From a virus (lineage: Duplodnaviria; Heunggongvirae; Uroviricota; Caudoviricetes): 20,436 nucleotides of DNA. Below, one piece after another: positions 15,615 through 20,436 of the stretch (positions are counted from its first letter, which is position 1; every line of letters starts with the position of its first letter). The stretch covers positions 1 through 20,436 of the IMG/VR virus record IMGVR_UViG_2690316086_000007; one strand, given 5' to 3'. The translations under genes were made by a program, and so were the position numbers. A model generated the notes under the pieces. The model was given only the letters and a program-made list of their open reading frames with translations, was not told where the DNA came from and made no database searches.

Positions 15615-16511
15615 ATGCCTGCTGTTGACCTTTCCCAGTTACCGGACCCCGCCATTATCGCGGAGCCTGATTTTGAGGCAATTCTGGCTGACACAAAGGC
15701 CATGATGATTGCGGCTTATCCCGCCGAACAGCGTGAAGCCGTCTCCGCCGCGCTGGAGCTGGAATCGGAACCCCTGAACGTTATCGCCCAGATAACAGCG
15801 TTTCGTGAAATGCTGTTACGCCAGCGGGTCAATGAGGGGGCACGGGCCTGCATGTTAAGCCACAGCACCGGGACAGACCTGGACAACCTCGCGGGCAATA
15901 TGAACACAAAGCGCCTGACCATCACTCCGGCAACGGATACCACCGACGCGGTGATGGAGAGTGACACCTCACTGAGACTGCGGGCGCAGCGGGCGTACGA
16001 CGGCCTGAGTGTTGCTGGCCCGTCAGGTGCATACGAGTATTTTGCCCGCAGCGCCAGCGGTCTGGTGCGTGATGCGCGGGCCATCAGCCCGTCTCCGGCA
16101 AATGTGACGGTTTCCATCCTGTCCACTGAAGGCGACGGCACAGCAACGGAGGCGTTGCTTAATACCGTTCGCGCCGTTCTGAATGCAGAGGATACCCGTC
16201 CGGTGGCCGACCGCCTGACCGTACAGAGTGCCAGAATCGTGACATGGCGGCTGAATGCAAAACTGTACTTTTACCCCGGCCCGGAATCCGAACCTATTCT
16301 GGCTGCGGCGGAATCGTCGTTCAGGAAGTGGCTGGCTGAGCAGGGGCTTATCGGTCAGGACGTGGCGTTGTCCGCCATTGCTGCCGCACTGCATGTGCAC
16401 GGTGTGCAACGCGTGGAGATAATCGAACCCACACAGAATATGGCCATCAGCGACATACAGGCGGCGCGCTGTGAGTCGTTCACCATCAGCGAAGGTGGGC
16501 GCAATGAGTAA
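15615..16511 (+). CDS. J: Baseplate assembly protein, P2 gpJ-like
   Basis: 298 aa; LESEPL, RQRVNE, KRLTITPA, AVMESDT, GLSVAG, SPSPA, RPVADRLTVQSA, YPGPESEPI and GVQRVE are collinear with P2 J. Confidence 0.85.
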   Translation: MPAVDLSQLPDPAIIAEPDFEAILADTKAMMIAAYPAEQREAVSAALELESEPLNVIAQITAFREMLLRQRVNEGARACMLSHSTGTDLDNLAGNMNTKRLTITPATDTTDAVMESDTSLRLRAQRAYDGLSVAGPSGAYEYFARSASGLVRDARAISPSPANVTVSILSTEGDGTATEALLNTVRAVLNAEDTRPVADRLTVQSARIVTWRLNAKLYFYPGPESEPILAAAESSFRKWLAEQGLIGQDVALSAIAAALHVHGVQRVEIIEPTQNMAISDIQAARCESFTISEGGRNE

Positions 16512-17034
16512 TTCGCTGTTACCACCATCAGCCAGCAATTTCATGCGTTGTGCCGAAGCCGTCGGAACGCGCATTACAGACATTCCGGTAGACCTCAACA
16601 CGCTGTGGTCGCCGGACACATGCCCGGTGCATCTGCTGCCTTATCTCGCCTGGGCATTTTCCGTTGACCGCTGGGATCGCAACTGGCCGGAAGAGACAAA
16701 GCGACAGGTTATTCGTGATGCATGGCTGATACACCGACACAAAGGGACCATCAGCGCACTGCGCCGGGCCATTGAGCCGCTGGGATACCTCATTCGTGTG
16801 TCTGAGTGGTGGGAGTTCGGCGGAGAACCGGGAACATTTACCGTTGAAGTCGGCACGCTGGACAGTGGCGTGACGGAGGAAATGTATCTGGAAATGGAGC
16901 GGTTGATTGCTGATGCCCGCCCGGTCAGCCGCCACATGACAGGGCTGAATATCATTCAGGAGATCCCGGGAGATATTTTCGCAGCGGCAGCAACTTACGA
17001 CGGTGAAGTCATTACCATCTATCCGGACGATTAA
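16504..17034 (+). CDS. I: Baseplate/tail-fibre attachment protein, P2 gpI-like
   Basis: ATG 16504 overlaps the J 3' end; [49 protein letters not shown] are collinear with P2 I. The longer ORF from 16471 is rejected. Confidence 0.8.
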   Translation: MSNSLLPPSASNFMRCAEAVGTRITDIPVDLNTLWSPDTCPVHLLPYLAWAFSVDRWDRNWPEETKRQVIRDAWLIHRHKGTISALRRAIEPLGYLIRVSEWWEFGGEPGTFTVEVGTLDSGVTEEMYLEMERLIADARPVSRHMTGLNIIQEIPGDIFAAAATYDGEVITIYPDD

Positions 17035-17036
17035 GC

Positions 17037-19037
17037 ATGAGTACCACAACACGAAAATTTAAAACCATTATCACCGATACGGGTGCCAAAAAATTAGCGC
17101 AGGCAGCCGCACCAGATGGTAAACCCGTCCGCCTGACACATATGGCCGTGGGTGACGGCGGCGGTACTTTACCCACGCCAGACAGTAAGCAGACCCGTCT
17201 TGTGCGTGAGGTGTGGCGACATACCGTTAATCGCGTCTTCCTGGACGCAACACATCAGAACCGCATTATTGCGGAGCTGGCTATTCCTCCAGAAACGGGC
17301 GGATTCTGGATCCGGGAAATTGGTGTGTTTGATGAGCACGGCGATTTAATCGCGGTAGGCAATACTGCCGAAAGTTACAAGCCAGCCGTTGCCGAAGGGT
17401 CCGGTCGTGCACAGACATTTCGCACCATTCTGACCGTATCCAGCACTGCCACCGTGGCACTTACCGTGGATAACACCATGGTGATGGCCACAGTGGATTA
17501 CGTGGATGACAAACTGAAAGAGCATGAACAGTCACGACGTCACCCGGACGCCTCGCTGACCGCAAAAGGCTTTGTTCAACTCAGTAGCGCCACTAACAGC
17601 GTGTCTGAAACACAAGCTGCAACGCCGAAAGCAGTAAAGGACGCGTATGACCTTGCTAACGGGAAATATACTGCGCAGGATGCCAGCACGACGCGAAAAG
17701 GCCTTGTTCAGCTCAGTAGCGCCACCAATAGCGATTCTGAAACGCTGGCGGCAACGCCAAAGGCGGTAAAGGCAGCATATGACCTTGCTAACGGGAAATA
17801 TACCGCACAGGACGCTACCACAGAGCGAAAAGGTCTTGTCCAGCTCAGTAGTGCCACCAACAGCGATTCTGAAACGCTGGCGGCAACGCCAAAGGCGGTA
17901 AAGGCAGCATATGACCTTGCTAATGGCAAATACACCGCACAGGATGCAACAACAGCACAAAAAGGGATAGTCCAGCTTACTAGTGCAACCAACAGCACGT
18001 CTGAAACGCTTGCCGCGACTCCGAAAGCGGTGAAAGCTGCTAATGACAATGCAAACGGGCGTGTGCCCTCTGGACGTAAGGTTAATGGCAAACCACTGAC
18101 CAATGATGTCAATGTTACATCACAGGATATTTTTAACGATCAGAGTATTGAGATTGGTGCAAACCAGAATCTGGATAATTACAAAACGCCGGGGCTGTAC
18201 CATCAGCCTGCGAATGCCAATACAAGTGCAGCGCTGAAATACCCAGAGAATCTTGCCGGTACACTGGTTGTGCTTAAAAGTGCCGGGATAACACAGATTT
18301 ACTATGTGTATAACACATCCAGAAGCTATACCCGCAGCCAGTACTCAACGGGTGACTGGACAGCATGGACGCCGCAGGATTCATTTCCTGTAGGTGCGGC
18401 GATTCCGTGGCCTTCTGATTCAGTGCCTACAGGCTATGCCGTTATGCAGGGGCAGACTTTTGATAAAACAACCTATCCCCTGCTTGCAGCAGCTTATCCC
18501 TCTGGTGTACTCCCCGATATGCGTGGCTGGACAATCAAGGGCAAGCCCGCAAGTGGTCGAGCCGTATTGTCTCAGGAACAGGATGGCATTAAATCGCACA
18601 CCCACAGTGCCAGCGCATCCAGTACGGATTTGGGTACGAAAACCACATCGTCGTTTGATTACGGTACTAAATCAACGAATAACACAGGTGCACATACCCA
18701 CAATGTATCTGGTACTGCAAATAGTGCTGGCGCACATACTCATACCGTTCCATTAAGGAGACCAAACAGTGGAGGTATGAATTTCGACTGGCTTGATGGT
18801 GCATCAAGTGGCACGGTCGTGGGGAATGGAACAGTGCCTTCTTCTGGTGCACACACCCACTCAGTATCAGGCACTGCTGCAAGTGCAGGGGCGCATGCAC
18901 ATACAGTTGGTATTGGCGCTCATACGCACTCTGTTGCGATTGGTTCACATGGACATACCATCACCGTTAACGCTGCTGGTAACGCGGAAAACACCGTTAA
19001 AAACATCGCATTTAATTATATTGTGAGGCTTGCATAA
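17037..19037 (+). CDS. H: Tail fibre protein, P2 gpH-like N-terminus with a His-rich (HxH) C-terminal tip
   Basis: 666 aa; N-terminal ~190 aa collinear with P2 H ([62 protein letters not shown]). C-terminus carries repeated GAHTH/GAHAH/GSHGH motifs and ends ..[11 protein letters not shown]. Confidence 0.9.
   Translation: MSTTTRKFKTIITDTGAKKLAQAAAPDGKPVRLTHMAVGDGGGTLPTPDSKQTRLVREVWRHTVNRVFLDATHQNRIIAELAIPPETGGFWIREIGVFDEHGDLIAVGNTAESYKPAVAEGSGRAQTFRTILTVSSTATVALTVDNTMVMATVDYVDDKLKEHEQSRRHPDASLTAKGFVQLSSATNSVSETQAATPKAVKDAYDLANGKYTAQDASTTRKGLVQLSSATNSDSETLAATPKAVKAAYDLANGKYTAQDATTERKGLVQLSSATNSDSETLAATPKAVKAAYDLANGKYTAQDATTAQKGIVQLTSATNSTSETLAATPKAVKAANDNANGRVPSGRKVNGKPLTNDVNVTSQDIFNDQSIEIGANQNLDNYKTPGLYHQPANANTSAALKYPENLAGTLVVLKSAGITQIYYVYNTSRSYTRSQYSTGDWTAWTPQDSFPVGAAIPWPSDSVPTGYAVMQGQTFDKTTYPLLAAAYPSGVLPDMRGWTIKGKPASGRAVLSQEQDGIKSHTHSASASSTDLGTKTTSSFDYGTKSTNNTGAHTHNVSGTANSAGAHTHTVPLRRPNSGGMNFDWLDGASSGTVVGNGTVPSSGAHTHSVSGTAASAGAHAHTVGIGAHTHSVAIGSHGHTITVNAAGNAENTVKNIAFNYIVRLA
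17565..18062 (+). repeat. In-frame tandem repeat (4 units of 132 bp / 44 aa, last unit truncated) inside tail-fibre gene H
   Basis: Units start at 17565, 17697, 17829 and 17961 (KG[FLI]VQL[ST][31 protein letters not shown]..). Units 2 and 3 are near-identical at the nucleotide level. P2 H has two such units as recalled. Confidence 0.85.
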
Positions 19038-19654
19038 TGGCATTCAGAATGAGTGAACAATCACGTACTGTAAAAATTTATAACCTGCTGGCCGGAACTA
19101 ATGAGTTTATTGGTGAAGGTGACGCATATATTCCACCTCATACAGGGCTGCCAGCTAATTCTACAGATATCGCCCCACCGGAAATTCCTGCTGGCTTTGT
19201 GGCAGTTTTTAACAGTGAAAATGAATCGTGGAATATTGTTGAAGACCATCGTGGTAAAACGGTCTATGACGTGGCCTCGGGGGACGCGTTGTTTATTTCT
19301 GAACCCGGACCGCTACCAGAGAATGTCACCTGGTTGTCGCCAGCAGGGGAGTATCAGAAGTGGGACGGCGTATCCTGGGTGAAGGATGAGGAAGCAGAAA
19401 AACTGTTTCGGATACGGGAAGCGGAAGAGAAAAAGGCAAGGTTGATCCAGGAGGCAACAGATAACATCGCAATTCTGCAGGATGCAGTTAATCTTGAAAT
19501 AGCAACAAACGAGGAAAATTCACAACTGGATTCCTGGAGAAAATACAGAGTATTAGTGAGTCGAATTGACACCAGTACAGCTCCGGATATCGTATGGCCA
19601 GAGCTGATGAATCAGGGTTATGTGCGGGAGGACGAGCAGATAACTTCAGACTGA
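19037..19654 (+). CDS. G: Tail fibre assembly chaperone, P2 gpG/Tfa-like
   Basis: ATG overlaps the H stop (TAATG); 205 aa; positional and compositional match to Tfa-family chaperones that follow tail-fibre genes. Confidence 0.75.
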   Translation: MAFRMSEQSRTVKIYNLLAGTNEFIGEGDAYIPPHTGLPANSTDIAPPEIPAGFVAVFNSENESWNIVEDHRGKTVYDVASGDALFISEPGPLPENVTWLSPAGEYQKWDGVSWVKDEEAEKLFRIREAEEKKARLIQEATDNIAILQDAVNLEIATNEENSQLDSWRKYRVLVSRIDTSTAPDIVWPELMNQGYVREDEQITSD

Positions 19655-20181
19655 AATTTAGTGATGAATGTTGAATCATCAGGAATATCATGCAATACCA
19701 ATGCATGAGCACCTATTGTGACATTGTTTCCTATACGCACTTTGCCACCAAGAATGGTGGCATTACAACCAATGGTCACATTATGTCCTATAACAATATC
19801 CATATCATTAAAATCACCACGTAGCCCAATAGTTACCCCTGGTTTTATTGAACAATTTTCACCGATGGTTACTTTGTGACCGATAACAACACTATTGAGA
19901 TAAGAAATATCAAAGCCTTTCCCTATATTTACAGTTAAAGGGACTGTTACATTATATTTATCAAGAATGAAACGTTCTATTTTCCCCGCAATCTTCCGAC
20001 AGTATCCGCCTTTATCAAAAAGGTATTTGGCTATGCGCCACCAAAATAAATAACGAACTCTTCTATGTTTTATTGCGCGAACAATTGCCTTTCGCCAGGA
20101 GAAAGGACGCTCGCTACCGATTACTTCATAGTGAATACAGTCTTTAAGTTCATTAATATTCATATCTCTATTATTTAGCAT
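19618..20181 (-). CDS. Hexapeptide-repeat (left-handed beta-helix) acetyltransferase, WcaF/WbbJ/CysE-like; AT-rich moron
   Basis: 187 aa; repeated [LIV]G..X hexads ([56 protein letters not shown]) and N-terminal FWWR segment as in small sugar O-acetyltransferases. About 35% GC against ~55% for the phage genes. 3' end overlaps G convergently by 37 bp. Confidence 0.75.
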   Translation of the reverse strand: MLNNRDMNINELKDCIHYEVIGSERPFSWRKAIVRAIKHRRVRYLFWWRIAKYLFDKGGYCRKIAGKIERFILDKYNVTVPLTVNIGKGFDISYLNSVVIGHKVTIGENCSIKPGVTIGLRGDFNDMDIVIGHNVTIGCNATILGGKVRIGNNVTIGAHALVLHDIPDDSTFITKFQSEVICSSSRT

Positions 20182-20309
20182 AAGATAATCATGTGACCAA
20201 TTATTGTAATAATTTTAATGGTATGTTTCTACTGGCTATCCAGCGCGTCTGATATCCGGTAACAAATCGTTAACACTGGTGCAATCAAATGGTGAGTGTT
20301 AAGACTGGC

Positions 20310-20436
20310 TGAACCGCCCCGGAAATCCTGGAGACTAAACTCCCTGAGAAAGAGGTAAACAGGATGACTAAAAATACTCGTTTTTCCCCCGAGGTCCGTC
20401 AACGGGCAGTTCGTATGGTTCTGGAAAGTCAGGGCG
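20310..20436 (+). mobile_element. IS3-family insertion sequence (IS629/IS3411-like), partial: terminal inverted repeat plus 5' end of orfA; element continues beyond window end
   Basis: TGAACCGCCCCGGAAATCCTGGAGACTAAACTCCCTGAGAAAGAGGTAAACAGGATGACTAAAAATACTCG...; inverted copy of 1-127, with 6 mismatches clustered in the last ~45 bp. Confidence 0.85.
20364..20436 (+). CDS. IS3-family transposase OrfA, N-terminal 24 codons only (partial, runs off window)
   Basis: ATG 20364 with GAGG RBS; MTKNTRFSPEVRQRAVRMVLESQG, which matches the canonical IS629-type OrfA N-terminus as recalled. Confidence 0.8.
   Translation, partial: MTKNTRFSPEVRQRAVRMVLESQG

Noticed and set aside
17565-18062. Possible CRISPR-like repeat array
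   Set aside because: Repeat units are 132 bp, contiguous without spacers, in-frame and coding within H. This is a protein tandem repeat, not a CRISPR array.
17532-18112. Two minus-strand ORFs (17532-17960, 17708-18112) with internal repeats
   Set aside because: These are antisense images of the in-frame tandem repeat within tail-fibre gene H, not independent genes.
18590-19000. Recurrent HTH strings in the H translation
   Set aside because: These are His-Thr-His tripeptides of a metal-binding fibre tip, not helix-turn-helix DNA-binding motifs.
1-20436. tRNA genes, attachment sites, integrase or CRISPR arrays
   Set aside because: Nothing in the window resembles tRNA cloverleaf-encoding sequence or att core repeats; the integrase/repressor end of the prophage lies outside the IS-bounded block.

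Overview
This window is a ~20.2 kb block of a P2-like (peduovirus-type) prophage, bracketed at both edges by partial, inverted copies of an IS3-family (IS629/IS3411-like) insertion sequence (1-127 minus strand; 20310-20436 plus strand). All calls rest on reading the ORF translations and the DNA directly and comparing them from memory with phage P2, plasmid R1 ParM/ParR and IS629; no database search was run. Gene order is: replication initiator gpA homolog; a cargo slot (where P2 carries tin/old) holding a ParM/ParR actin-like partition cassette, a small Cys-motif protein and an AT-rich 3-TM membrane protein; a ~500 bp non-coding region where the cos site is expected; portal Q and terminase P (minus strand); then O-N-M-L-X, a lysis cassette (holin, M15-peptidase endolysin, overlapped spanins), R-S, baseplate V-W-J-I, tail fibre H and chaperone G; and a second AT-rich cargo gene (hexapeptide-repeat acetyltransferase, minus strand) just before the right IS. 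Tail sheath/tube genes, integrase and repressor are not in the window. The most interesting material is the cargo between gpA and cos, the acetyltransferase moron, and the IS pair that frames the whole block. No rRNA, tRNA or CRISPR array was seen.
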